Translations under genes and position numbers: made by a program
Notes under the pieces: model-generated
The model's database searches: none
What the model was told of the DNA's origin: nothing
The model's input: only the letters and a program-made list of their open reading frames with translations
In this document: one piece after another, positions 40,516 to 54,555 of the stretch
Layout: every line of letters starts with the position of its first letter
Numbering within the stretch: the first letter of the stretch is position 1
NCBI GenBank assembly: GCA_951406725.2
Contig: OX597837.1
Location: forward strand, 15,438,001 to 15,502,000
Length of the DNA stretch: 64,000 nt
Direction of reading: 5' to 3'
Origin: Octopus vulgaris
Lineage: Eukaryota

Positions 40516-41274
40516 GAAAGCCCCTTCAATCTCGTCCGCCATACAACCACTTTCGCCATGGTCACCAGGCAGATAAACGTAGCCTTTGCTTCCCGGTTAA
40601 AGGAAGACGGAGGGGACGATCTTCACGATGGATTCAGTTGACAGCCGGATCCGTCCCACACACAGGTGTTCGACACACACCCACAAGTCAGCAATGCTCG
40701 GGCACTGGACGAATGCGTGCAGAACGGTTCCGTTGCTCTGCGCACATCTCGGGGAGGTCCGTCTAACATCTCTAACATTTTTTTTCTTCTTCCCTTTGCT
40801 ATTACCCCTATTTTTCGATTTCGCTAAATAAGGGACGGTTTCTCCATTTTATTTTATTTTACAATATAAATTGTTTTTTGTTTTGCTTTTGGCAGCAGGT
40901 TTTCTCTTAATTCTTGCTGATTGCTGAAGTTCTTAATCCACGCGGATCATACGAAGATTTCTTGATTACAACATGTTGATGAATAGGTTTAGATCCTTCA
41001 GCATTGTTGATATTCGAGTTTATTTCTACGAGTAGAACTTCTTGCAAGGCCTCGCCATACGGAATCTATTCTTCTTTCTTCTTCTTTTTTCTTATACTTT
41101 CTTATTTGTTTTTTTTTTTGTTGTTTCTTGCTGAGCTGCTTTCGACTGTAGATTAGGAAGTGGTTTACGTTGATCATCATCGATTTTATTCTGCTCGCAT
41201 TTTTTTCCATTCTTTATTGATTCTGAATAGTTCTACTCAACATTAATCCCAGTTAATCTGTTATGATGAGCGTT

Positions 41275-41341
<67 letters not shown>

Positions 41342-41407
41342 TAGGGATTAATGGTATGATTTTCGTTATGAGTTGCTTGTATTAGGGACTTATCTTCTAA
41401 CCGTTAT

Positions 41408-41579
41408 CTTTTACTTGTTTCAGACATTGAACTGTGGCCATGCTGGAGCACAGCCTTGAAAGGTTTAGTCGAACAAACCGACCCCAGTACTAAATTTTTA
41501 AGTGTAATACTTATTCTATTGGTCTTTTTTGCCGAAACGCTAAGTTACCAACCAAAACTGATTATCAAGCGGTGAGGAC

Positions 41580-41648
<69 letters not shown>

Positions 41649-41765
41649 TTATACACGACGGGTTTCCGCACTGTTTCCGTTTCTCAAATTCATTGACAAA
41701 GCACCGGTCAGAGCTACAATAGAAGAGGTGCCGCGTAGTGGGATTGAACCCCAAACCACGTGTTT
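41408..41765 (-). mobile_element. SINE family B, decayed
   Basis: ggccatgctggagcac..(CA)n..cgacggg..gggattgaaccc. Confidence 0.7.
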
Positions 41766-43190
41766 GCGAATCGATCTTCTTTCTCCTTCTGGGGCTTTCC
41801 TTCTCTTCCTTCCTCTGCACCTGGTTTTCTTTCCTTCCTTTGCACCTAATCCTTTTCATATCTGATTGGCTCTCTTCTGTTTTCATTGTATTTTCACGTC
41901 TCATTCGTCCAATGTACGACTGTTTCTTTCCTATTGCATTCCCCCCCCTCCACCTTTATGCAAATTTATTTCTTGTTTAAGATTAATTATGTTGTGATGT
42001 TCTCATTTGTCAGTGAGAGTTTATTGTGTTTGTGTGGGTCAATTTTTTGTTTTATTTTTAATGGATATCCTTTGCCTGGTTTGCTCAAATACATTTCCTA
42101 TAATCTTTTTACTGTTTATTATGAATCTCCGTACATTCGCTAATCTGTTTGGATCTTTTTACAACTTTATACCTTCTTTATAACTTTATGGCGCTCGTAT
42201 GTATTAGTTGTGGCAGCGATGTATAATATAAGTGCAATAGGGTATTTGTCAATGCATTTTCTTTGGCCTAAGGGTTTCTTAATTTTTGTGTTTATTTGGG
42301 GTCAGGGTAGCTATGCAAGGTGAGTGGTTTTTTTTGTTGGAAGTTAAATTTTGAGATGAAACCGCTTCCACTGCATATATCACATACAATAAGTAAGGTA
42401 TCATAATGCAATGAAAATACAACCGAAACAACAATACACGAACACAGGGAACAAGAACATTGAAGCAAAATAAAATCAAGGACAGAAACGGATACGGAGA
42501 ACAAAAAAAAGACAACCCAAAATGAGAGTGAAGATCACACAAATCACCATGGAAACAGCAAACCAAACACCCAGCCACAACAGCGACATCTTTAACAAAC
42601 CTCACACTTTAACAATGAATAAAAGAAAAACACTCATCACAACAGATAAATCAAAATTAAGATCGAAGAGGAATCTATTAGAATCAATAAAAAAAGCAAG
42701 ATGATCCGAGCAAAATCGATGAACGTAAACCGACGTAAGCTTCTTTGTGCGTTAATTTCATACGAGACTCTCGTTAAAGTCACGTTACGTCGCTCATTAT
42801 ACGTCTTGAATCAATGGCGATTGGTTTATTATTATCGTTTGATTCATTAATCGATGTAGTTGATCTGTTTTTAAATAGTTTTACCTGGTTCCATTTGTTC
42901 GCTTTCCGTTTCGTTGCTTACCTGTTTATTATTGTCGCACGTTTATGATTATTCGGTTTCTGTTTGTTTGTTTTGTTTTTATTTCTTTGTTTTTTGTTTT
43001 GATTTTTAAATCGATATATTTTGTCTAAAATAATCCATAAAATAAGCATCATTATTTCTTACTGAACGCTTCTGTAGAATCGCCAGCTTTTTGTGAATCT
43101 GATAATCTTCTTCAATATAAATTTCCTTTTGCACGAGAGCTGGGTTTCAACACCCGCATTGTTACCCAAACCCACCCAATCAACCTCCTC

Positions 43191-43343
43191 CTTCTTCTTC
43201 TTCTTCTTCTTCTTCTTCTTCTTCTTCTTCTTCTTCTTCTTCTTCTTCTTCTTCTTCTTCTTCTTCTTCTTCTTCTTCTTCTTCTTCTTCTTCTTCTTCT
43301 TCTTCTTCTTCTTCTTCTTCTTCTTCTTCTTCTTCTTCTTCTT
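43191..43343. repeat. (CTT)n, about 51 perfect units
   Basis: Directly visible; abuts the 3' end of the minus-strand RLE element. Confidence 0.95.
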
Positions 43344-44060
43344 GTAGCTGAGGTCTTACGTCTCAGAGCGCTCGGTCTCGTTTGCTCTGGTTGTGTCTGT
43401 GAGAGCGGATATACGTGTCATATGTCCCCCCACGGGGTCTCTTTCCGCACATTGTAAGCTTTGATACTTGTTTGTTAATAATCATGGGAGACATTCAACA
43501 TCCAAGTACCAATCTGAAAATCCTAGCTGACCCCAGCACAACATTTTTGGGGGCTTCCTCTGCTCTCATGTCAATTCCGATTTCTCTGACATATTTTTTG
43601 GACTTGGTTGTTAATACTCCGAGTGCCCCTACAACTTCTGGAATGACAGACACTCTCCTCATAATCCACATTCTTGCAATTTCGCCTTTTGTAGTCTTTT
43701 AATAGTCTGTACTTTTCAGTCTTTTCTGGTTCTTTGTCACTTATGCGTGCATCCCCAGGTATTGCAACATCAATAATCTTGGTTTCCTTTTTTCCTTTAT
43801 CTACACCAATAATATCTGCTCTCCGAGCATCGATTAGGCAGTCATATTGGATTGTAAAATCCCACAGTATCTTAAATTCCTTGTTCTCAGGGACTCCTTC
43901 TGGTTCATGTCCGTACCGTTTCCGTGCTCTGTCCAGGCCGTACTTTTCACATAGCCTCCACTGGACGAACTTAGCCATGTTACCATGCCTCCTTTCGTAT
44001 TGCTTTTCGGCCAGCTTGCTACACTCACTCACAATATGTGAGATTGCTTCGTTTCTACTG
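43344..44060 (-). mobile_element. second RLE non-LTR family, 5'-truncated, ending in (GAA)n
   Basis: EAISHIVSEC..YERRHG..ILWDF..RRADII..IIDVAIPGD..KEPEK..KY, then LGSARIFRLVLGC* (stop ~43495) and a ~150-nt 3' UTR. Confidence 0.9.
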
Positions 44061-44100
44061 CATATTGTGAGTGATTGTAGCAATTATTATTATTATTATT

Positions 44101-44328
44101 TTATTGTCTTTGCACAGCTTCTAACGCTGGAGATGTACTACGGCGTCAGTGAACTAAGATAACACCCATCAGTTTTCGAGCACCATCTGGAGTTTCTGAG
44201 ATCTCTTGGAGACTTACATGCGTAGCGGGCTTGCAACCTGCAGCCTATGGTACCATGTTATCTAATACTTACCTGATTATTCTGGCCGTGCCAAGGAGAC
44301 AAACCCTTTTCTAACAGTTCTACTGTTA
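44101..44328 (-). mobile_element. third RLE non-LTR family, extreme 3' end with (TAA)n tail
   Basis: Reverse complement VELLEK-(fs)-VCLLGTARIIR*VLD, followed by a distinct UTR and (TAA)n at 44083-44102. Confidence 0.7.
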
Positions 44329-46219
44329 CGAAGAAAGCGGCTTTAATAGCACAAGCAGATATTGAAACTGCGCTGAGACGTATCAGGGATGACGCAGAGT
44401 ACATAGCGGGGGTAGACAATACGGCACCATTTCGGTGCTTTTTAAGTCAAAAGCCCTCGCTATAAAGCACTCAATGACCCCCCAGGAAGGTCATTATGTG
44501 CCCATCCGATATGGGAAAAAGAAAGGCACAACATGCCGCCTGGGTTCAAGACTTGATCTCACAACCTTATGATCATTAGTCGAACACGTTAACCACTACT
44601 GGTGCCTTCAGTAGAGTTGTCAGTGTTTCACAGAAATAAAAAAGACAGTGAAAGCAGCGCATAATGGCTAATGGCTTTTGATGTGTACCCCAGGGGAACG
44701 GAGAGGAGGAGAGGAGGAGGGTGAAGGAGTAGAATAGGAGTGAACGAGTAGGAGAGAGAAGGGGAAAGAATAGGAGACAAAGGGAAAGAGTAAGAACAAT
44801 GAAAAAGAGTAAGAGAGAGAGAGAGAGAGATGGAGACATAATGTCGAATCCTTTTGCCAAACAAGTAAAAACTCCCCAAATTATTAGTTATTTTTTTTGT
44901 TTGTTTGTTTTTTGAGGAGGAGATTTAATCCTTACATTTTTTTGTACAAAAAAAACAAGAAATATTTTTATGCTAATTGTTATTATGAAAATGTTTATTT
45001 CGTATGAATAAAAAAACTGAACGAATCAACAACTGTTGTGGAATGAATTCACCAATTTTGCTTTGTGTAGAAATAATGAATTCTGTCGACAAACAAATAG
45101 CTCAGTCATGGGGGGGGGGTTGGCTCAACTTGGCATCGGAGAGTATTCTGATGTTGGACTATTATTAGAATTACGATGCCTGGCTGACTGTTCTTTGTTA
45201 CCGAAGCTTCGGGATTATGAATTCGAAAATAAGTTTATAACAGAATCTAACAACGAAAGATAGAGTGAATAAGGGTAGAATCAATGGAAGGCAATCTTTC
45301 GAACTTTGTACATAAAATATAGCGAATAAAATGGAAACAAACTGCATCAAAGTGAAAGGTAAACGCATATTTGGCAAAATTGGTCAGCAATCGATAATAA
45401 AAAGTACTGATTGTAAAATTCGATTTATTTAGCAGAGAGGATGGAAAATAGGAAATCAACAAACCAACTTCGGTGTTCTTCTTCTACTGATGCGTGTATA
45501 AATCCGTCAATTTCAGCTGAAGTTGTTCGTCTTTTAGCGTTGGACATAAAAAAAAAGACTGAGGTCGATTTGTTTGAGTGAAAATACTTCAATGCGGTGC
45601 TCCAGCATGGTCGCAGTACAATGACTGAAACAAGCAGAAGACAAAGAAATATTTTTGAAACTTCTACAAATACAAAAATAAAAGCTTTTATAGATTGCAA
45701 GGCCATCTTTACAAAGTGGGGACTGCCATGTCTATTCCCATCCCCCCTCTCTCTCTCACTCTCCCCCCTCTCTCTCGCTTTCCTTCTTTTCTGCCTCGTC
45801 CCTTTGCCATTGTCCTCAGTGACCTGTTTGAAGTCTGCAGCAATTTGCCCGTCAAGTATCTTTATTGCTGTTATTGTCGCCAAAACCCGAACCGAGGAAA
45901 TAAAATCTGTCTCTCATCTGTTAAGTCGGTAAGTTCCTGTCAGATTGCACCGCCAATGCCTCGACTGGTGGCACTCCCTTTACCCCACATTCCATCAACT
46001 TTGATATACCCAAGATTCGGGTTTTGTCGCTACAGCCTTCTCCCTATGCATTAATCACGACCAGCAGCGCCATACGCTGACTCAATTAATGTCATCTTCC
46101 AGTGTTTTCTAACCTTCTGCACCCAAACATCAATCACCCAGTTGCAGCCTCGAAATCTCACGTCTCATCACACTGGCTTCATGTACAGAGACCTTGAAAA
46201 TATTCTCCAATAATAATAA

Positions 46220-47501
46220 TTCTTTCTACAAAAGGCACAAAGCCTGAAAAAAATGTTGGGGTGGGTTAAGTCGATTACATCGACCTCAGTACTTGACTGG
46301 TACTCAATTTACCAAACCTGAAAGGATGAAAGGCAAAATCGACCTTGGCGGAATTTGCACTCAGAACTCAGACGGACGAAATGCCGCTAAGGATTTTGCC
46401 CGGCGTGCTAACGGTTCTGTCAGCAGGTAAATCGGTTACATCGACCCCAGTTCTTAACTGGTACTTATTTTATTGACATCGAAAGGAGAAAAGGCAAAGT
46501 CGGCCTCCGCGGAATTTGAACTCAGAACACAAAGCCAGGTGAAATGCCGTTAAGCGCTTTGTCCGTTGCACCAACGATTCTCTCAGCTCGCCGCTTTCAT
46601 TAGTTTCAAATGTTACCAAAAAGCTAAAAATTTCAGGGATGGAGGTAAATCGATTACATCTACCCTAGTACGCAACTGGACTCCGGAAGGATGAAAAACA
46701 AAGTCGACCTCAGCGGCATTTGAACTCAGAACGTAAAAACGTGTTACTAAACCCAATCAGTTGTTTTGTCCCATTCTTTGTGTAGCCCCTGTGGGTAATA
46801 AAGAAATTGGTATTTCGTCTGTCTTTACGTTCTGAGTTCAAATTCCGCCGAGGTCGGCTTTGCTTTTCATCCTTCGGGGCCGATAAATTAAGTACCAGTT
46901 GCATACTGGAGTCGTTGTAATCGCCGAACACCCTCCCACCCAAATTTAAGTCTTGTGCCTAAAATATCATTCAGCGAAATTAATAACGGGCGATTCTACA
47001 TGAAAAAAGCCGTTGAGGCCCAGAATCCACCAAACTGCAACGAGGACTCGACCTTGCGGAGGAAACCCTAGCATCAATTGGATTATATTTCTTTATTGCC
47101 CACAAGGGGCTAAGCATAGAGGGGATATACAAGGACAGACAAAGGGATTAGGTCAATTACATCAACCCTAGTGCGAAACTGGTACTTTATTTAATCGACC
47201 CCGAAAGGATGAAAGGCAAAGTCGACCTCGGCGGAATTTGAACTCAGAACGTAGCGGCAGACGAAATACCTATTTCTTTACTACCCGCAAAGGACTACAC
47301 ACAGAGGGGACAAACAAGGACAGACAAAGGGATTAAGTCGATTACATCGACCCCAGTGCATAACTGGTACTTATTTAATCGACCCCGAAAGGATGAAAGG
47401 CAAAGTCGACCTCGGCGGAATTTGAACTCAGAACGTAGTGGCAGACGAAATACCGCTAAGCATTTCGCCCGGCGCGCTAACGATTCTGCCAGCTCGCCGC
47501 C
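46220..47501. mobile_element. cluster of at least 5 SINE family A copies in both orientations
   Basis: Modules at ~46220-46425(-), 46426-46597(-), 46640-46735(-), 46750-46960(+) and 47086-47501(-, dimer plus spacer). Confidence 0.85.
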
Positions 47502-47924
47502 TTATATTAATCCCACTTGGATTAATTAGCAAAAAGGCATTTCATCGTATTCTGCATTCTTGGATATTTCGGTGGCACAGCACTGTCTGGAGAGCCTCCG
47601 CATAAATAAATCAAACTTCATTATTAACCGAGTGCATAAAGAGTTCAATGCTATGAAGGAAGTCATCGATATCTTTCCAAAGCAAAGAGAGATGAGGAAT
47701 AAAACCAACCCCGTGTTTATAAGAAGATGAATCTTGGAAGGAGATTCGTTGCTTCTCTCGACTCTTCTGCTTAATTCTGACCCCGTTCACAAATCTGTGG
47801 ATTAAAAGCCATTAGTGGCTATAAGCACCTCGGATTATTTATAAGCCATCTCCTATCTATGGACAATTGTAAAATATTTACAAGAGACAACAGCCTGTCG
47901 GAAAATCGACAGAAAATTGTTAGC

Positions 47925-48650
47925 GCGGCTGTGTGGTAAAAAAATTTGTTTTCCAACCACATAGTTCCGGGTTCAATTCCTCTGTGAGTCACCTTGGGCA
48001 AGTGTGACCTATTTTAGTCTCGGGTCGACCAAAGTCAAGCGAGTAAATTTGGTAGACGAAACCTGAAAGACGCTCGTCGTTTATGTATGTATGTATGTAT
48101 GTATGTATGTATGTATGTATGTATGTATGTATGTATGTATGTATGTATGTATGTATGTATGCATGTATGCATGTATGCATGTATGTATGTGTGTACGTAT
48201 GTATGTATGTATGTATGTATGTATGTGTGTATGTATGTATGTGTGTATGTATGTATGTGTGTATGTATGTATGTATGTATGTATGTATGTATGTATTATG
48301 TATGTATTATGTATGTATGTATGTATGTATGTATGTATGTATGTATGTATGTGTGTATGTATGTATGTATGTATGTATGTATGTATGTATGTATGTATGT
48401 ATGTACGTATGTATGTATGTGTGTATGTATGTCTTTGTGCTTGTATTTATCTCTACCACCTCTCGACAACTGGTATTGGTTTGTTTACGTTCACGTAACC
48501 AAGTGGTTCGTCATAAGACTAATATAATATAAATACCAGGCTTTAAAAGATTAGTACAGGGAACGATTCATTCGATTAAAAACCCTTCAAGGCGCTGCTC
48601 CAGTATGGCCGCAATCCAATGAGCGAAAAAGAGCGAAAGGTAAAAGGTAA
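47925..48650 (+). mobile_element. SINE family B with internal ~350-bp (TATG)n expansion
   Basis: 5' half 47925-48080, (TATG)n 48083-48431, 3' half 48432-48650. Confidence 0.8.
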
Positions 48651-49129
48651 ATCTAACTTAGGAATGCAAGTAATTATGGGACAAGAAAACTGTGCCAAAG
48701 ACTGTGAGAGGCAGAGGTGTATAAAGTGGGACGATTAAATCAGATGCTGATAGTGAAATCGGAGAATTAGACTCAACTCCACATTTGTGGATGACAAAAG
48801 TGATAAGATACAACAGACGGAAATTAAAAAGAAACTTATGAACGAAGAACTGTTGAAGAACCAGACGAATACCGAAAGCCTGAGCTCAACGCTGGAAATC
48901 AGATAAGAGATATAAATAGACTGATTAACCGTTCCAGTTGTAAACCGTTGCTCTAAAGAAATTAGACATCTTTCTGAAAGCACAGCCACAGAAGTGATGT
49001 AGATGGAATATAACTGCTCTGCACAGAAGAGGAGGGGCCCTGATACAAAACGAGGAAAGTGGGACAATGTCTAAAGAGGTACGGAGGTAAAAATATGTTT
49101 CTCTCTGCATAATAAATTTTATGATTTTC

Positions 49130-49605
<476 letters not shown>

Positions 49606-51354
49606 ATCAATGCAAGGAAACCACGAAGTAGAAACTTTAAACGAACAACTTCAAAGAAAGACATGATAAACGATTTTAAAAAATACTAAAAAAAAGAAAA
49701 AAAACAACGAAAGATTAAATCAAAACGAGGAAATAGAATGAAGAACTTGCAATAATGGTAAACTGGGTTAGAACTCACCCCGACCCCGACCCAGTTCTAC
49801 ATTCTCAACAGACAATGTTGCACGTCAGGAATACGGAGATGCACTTGGTGGTGTTAAAGGAAATCGCATGAAACTGGTTGGGGAAAAATAACAACTAGTG
49901 AGTGAATTTGGTCGAGAGACTGTGCGGAAGCCTGCTTTATGTATGTATATATGTACGTATGTATGTATGTTCTCTTCTGTTTTTAATTGTTTAAATTCTT
50001 ACTCTGGGGAAGGAACTGGTTTCTAACAAAGATACAAAGCTCCATCTTTGGAATGTAGATAACAAAAACTGTTTACATTTTAAACCTGAGAAAAGTCTTG
50101 CATATTTTCACTGTTCCGCTTAGAAATTGTATTAATTATGTGAAAGTTAGATTAATGACTTATTTTTCTGAAAACTTTAGCTTATCCAGATTATTATCAA
50201 ATATGATTGTGACTAGAGAAATTTAATAAAAGTATTATAAGAAATGGTAGATTAATTTAAAGTAATAACAAGGAATTAGATACAAACTATACGAAAACCA
50301 AAGAATTTGTTCAGAACCACAATTTAAAAGTTATGAGTAGATGAGAATGAAGAGGCATGAAGGAGAAAGAAATGAAGGAGAAATTTAGGAAGAAATACCC
50401 GAGAAGAGTGAGACTAATATTAAAGTTGAAGTCAATGCTAGAAATAAGATGATAAATATTAATGCCTAAGCTGTCTCTCGTGTAAGCTACAGCTTTAACG
50501 CAAGAAACTGGAAGTGAAATCAATAAAGGAGCTTAGAGAGAAAAATCCAGGCAACTACTAACAGCGTTCCGAAGCTGTTAGAAGTTTCCCGGTTAAAAGT
50601 ACAATATTCCTCTCCACATTCGGAAACTGAAATAGTTGCATACAAGAAGCCTCCACGTTGACATTGACCAAGAAATAGCAGTCGAATTCCCCATGTATAA
50701 TGTCGTCTTGGAAAGGGAATGGATCCACAGGGTGATGTAGCCTTGCGTATGTCTAAAACAATGGGAGTATCACGGTTAGAGTCATTTTAATTATACGTGT
50801 GTTCAATTAGAGAAACTAATTAATGTAATATGAGAGGGTAAATAAAACCCGGTTTACCTGGCAACAAAATACAAACAAAAATAAAAATGGTAACATTAAA
50901 ATCTTTAATATCTGTGTAAAAAGTAAGCAACGTTTTGAACCATGAAGAATTTGTACCGGTTTTTGCAGATTTTTGCAATTTTTTAAACATTTTTTTGCAA
51001 TTGCCTGATAATACAGACATAGACTTGCTCAAATGCATCAATAAATTAACATTAATATTTTTTTTTCACAGTAGTTACGATCATCTGTTTTTCTGGATAT
51101 TGAATAACGTTTAGAGACCTGGAGGTGAGTTTAAATAATTGTTGCCTGTTGCAGGATTCCTTGTTGTTGTTTTATTGTTGTAACCGTTGAGTTGTTAATT
51201 AACGGCTTGTAATATTGTTGTTGTAATATTGATGTTGTTATCCTTCCCCCACGGGGGAAGGATTTGTATAAACTGTAATTTGTTTACCTCCTTGTGGAGG
51301 ATTGATTGAAAAGTATGTATGTGTGTGAATATTTGTGCCACATATCTGTGTGCT

Positions 51355-51690
51355 GGGTCGAGGCTTAGTAGTTGGGTTTTTGGGCTCACAGTCGCAGGGT
51401 CGCGAGTTCAGTTCCCGGCGACGCGTTGTGTCCTTGAGCAAGACTCTTTATTTCGCGTTACTCCGTTCCACTCAGCTGGCAGGGATGAGTGATACCTGTA
51501 CTTCAGCGGGTCAGCTTTGTCACACTCTGTGACACGCTGGGTCTCCCTGAGATCTACGTTAAGGGTACATGTGTCTGTGGAGTGCTCACCTTCTTGCACG
51601 TTAATTTACAATTAATTTCAGCGGATTGCATATTAATTTCCTCTCGATCCGATCAAGTGGAACTCTCATTGTCATAACAGATGGCGTATC
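51355..51690 (+). mobile_element. tRNA-derived SINE family C
   Basis: ggcttagtagttggg..gagttcagttcccgg..gttgtgtccttgagcaag..ccactcagctg. Confidence 0.6.
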
Positions 51691-51789
51691 AGCTAGTTCT
51701 ATGCATTCTTTCCCTTTTCTCTTCATCCTTCACTTACTTCTCCATTCTAACATAAATTCCTGGTCCTGAATTTGCGATTATATTCTTGC

Positions 51790-52132
51790 TCTGATCAAAA
51801 AAGTATCGGTACCGATGCTATAAAACGAAAATTACAACACATCTCAATTCAGCGTTGAACCTCTCTTGAAGTGGTCCCCTTCTTGAAGTGACACACTTTA
51901 TCCAACCTCGTTTCCATTGCTGGAAGCATTCCTAGAATTCCTTTTTGGGGGACAGCGACCAGCTGCCTTGTCGCATTTTCTTGGATTTCCTCGGTGTCTT
52001 GAAATCTTTTTTCCTTTCAAGCCTTCATTTGCGTATCACAGCCACACCTGTAATGATTGTTTTCAAAACATTTACGTCTTCCTTGACACAATCAAGGAAA
52101 TTCTGGACGGTTGAAACCTGATCTTCATCTTG
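51790..52132 (-). pseudogene. internally deleted mariner-like transposase remnant
   Basis: Reverse complement NFLDCVKEDVNVLKTIITG joined to LKGK-RFQDTEEIQENATRQL..ECFQQWKRGWIKCV..GDHF (mariner C-terminus). Confidence 0.75.
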
Positions 52133-52202
52133 AGAGGACCACACTCAACCACTCAGTGCAGACGTTCCGCAATACATACAAAAAGCAATGTTAGAAATTA
52201 TT

Positions 52203-52628
52203 AAGGAGGTGAACTGGCAGAAACGTTAGCGCCCCCGGGCGAAATGCGTAGCCGTATTTCGTCTATCGTTACGTTGTGAGTTCAAATTCCACCGAGGTCA
52301 ACTTTGCATTTCATCCTTTCGGGCTCGATTAAATAAGTACCAGTTACGCACTGGGGTCGATATAATCGACTTAATCCGTTTGTCTGTCCTTGTTTGTCCT
52401 CTCTGTGTTTAGCCCCTTGTGGGCAATAAAGAAATAAGAAACGTTAGGATGCCGGGCGAAATGCTTAGCGATATTTCGTCTGTCTTTACTTTCTGAGCTC
52501 AAATTCTGCCGAGGTCGACTTTGCCTTTCATCCTTTCGAGGTCGATAAATTAAGTACCAGTTGCGTACGGAGGTCGATCTAATCGACTGCTCCCCTCCCC
52601 CTCGGGCCTTGTGCCTAGGGTAGAAAAG
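52203..52628 (+). mobile_element. SINE family A dimer with 16-bp TSD
   Basis: aatgttagaaattatt at 52187-52202 and 52629-52644 brackets both modules. Confidence 0.9.
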
Positions 52629-52889
52629 AATGTTAGAAATTATTGTGAGAAATAAGGAAAAGAAATCTAGAAAAGAAAAGAAAAGTAATTATTATTAGAA
52701 TTCATAGGAGAGAAGGAAAGGGGGAAACGAAGCGAAAGAAAGAAAATAAAAAAGACAAGAATAAAGCGAACAGAGAATGCAGTCGATCGGACGCGTCCAC
52801 ACCTGTTGGGGGAAACAAGGTAAAGGTGGTTTCGCCCAGTTTCTACTTCTCATAATGACTATAATTCCCAAAATCTTTCATCTCTTGTA

Positions 52890-53670
52890 TAAATGATATC
52901 ATAATCATATTAATTTCTGAGGATGAAACTTTCTTCTGCAGTACAAAAGCTTACTCTATATCCATTTTTATAATCTTTTTTCCTGTGGATTATTTGAAGC
53001 TTTTCTTTTGCTGTCCAAATACAGTCGGTTAAATTTGTTGTTTTTGCCATTCTGTCTAAAAGAGGAAGTTTGGTTGTACAACCTTCGGAATACAGAATTT
53101 TCTCTTTTTGTAACCTTTGCTCAATAAATGACAAGTTCTGCGTTGCAGGACATTTAGCAAACTGGCGTTGGTATTTCTAAATGAGCAAATGACTTCAGTT
53201 TTTGTGCCATGTGCGTGAGATTATGTTCCTCATGCTTGTGGCGCAGCTGTAACGTTGTTTAAAGACTATCTTAATATATTTGTGATCGGTGGGAATTGCT
53301 TGTCCATTAAGGTTATATAACGGTTTGAGTTATTAAACATTAAGTGAAAAGATGTGTATGAACCATAGAATTTGTAGCAGATTTTCTTTGTTGCATCACA
53401 TGAAGACAATATTATCCTTGAATCCGCCACCTAGTAATGTCTAAAATAAATACCTAGTGGGTTCATTTGATAAGTATTATAGATGTCTAAGTTCTCCAGC
53501 GAAAGTGCAGTATTTCAATGATGCTTAGTTTTAAAGATATTAAAAGAATTAACGGTGGGGAGTGGGGTCGCCAAAATAATTTTGTTAAAAAATGTGTCAT
53601 GTAGGCATGAAATCATGGTTAAGACATTTCCTTTCAGATACACGGCAACTGTCCGGAAACCTTTCGTGTT
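52890..53670 (-). pseudogene. decayed Penelope-like RT thumb + GIY-YIG endonuclease
   Basis: Ordered fragments LWF..FSLNV, DKQFP, YSCATSMRNIIS, LVIY*AKVT, TNLTDCIWTAK and YKNG..FCTAEESFIL match PLE WFNPPFS / DKHFP / YSCMPN / VIY / LSxxIW / CxxEK motifs. Confidence 0.65.
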
Positions 53671-53705
53671 TTTATGCATATATGATGTATGCATGTATAA
53701 ATGTC

Positions 53706-53736
<31 letters not shown>

Positions 53737-54555
53737 GTAAGTATGTGTGTGTATGTATGTATGTATATAATTTTGCAAGGAAAAATTTGACAGCGGCTTC
53801 AGAGTTTCAGGTTTAGTAAGCCGAACCTTCGAAATCACTATTGAATGATCCTTCAATGTAATATTGAATTTTTCTAAATATGAATTCGTATTTTAAAAAA
53901 AACCCTGTCTTTAAGTGTTCTCATGGAAACAAACAATTACAACTTCTGGTATGACGACAATGGAAGCTTTTGATTGGCTACAATTACATAGTTTTAAGAA
54001 TTTCTACTTTTGGATTATTAATTTTAAGAGAAAATGAATGGGTTTTCGCCATTAGTATGCAAATCAACAGCAATGATTTTTAAAAAAATTCTGACATTTG
54101 GAAGCAATTTAAAAGGGTCTGTGAGGTTTCTTCGGACTCTACTTTGCATTTCATTCTTTCAAGGTCGATAGAATAGGTTCCAGTTGCGTACTGGGGTCGA
54201 TGTAATCAACAAGCCCCCTCACCCAAAATGTCAGATCTAGATACATGCCTAGAGTCGAAAGAATTATTACTAAGGTGGCTGAATCGTTAGAGCGTCGGAC
54301 AAAATGTCTTGTGATACTTGTTCCGCGACCCACTTCCCCTTTTGTCCCTAGTCAAGTTCTAGGTTCGACTGTATCGACCAATCCTAACCCTTCCCTTGAG
54401 CCTAATCAGAAACCGTCCTTACTCGGGCGGTGGCCACTCTTCCGCACTCTTTGTATCTTAAAAACTACTTCAGTCTGTACGTAGTAACTCGATACAAAGA
54501 GTCTTTTTTTTTAGTGGAAACATTTCTTGTTGAACTAAAATAATGCTTTTGTTTG

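Noticed and set aside
40520-40766. GC-richer segment fused to the old RLE fragment (ORF 40365-40766) as a chimeric gene
   Set aside because: The ORF crosses frameshifted TE debris; only a faint gag-knuckle-like YNHFRHG, and no support for a real gene.
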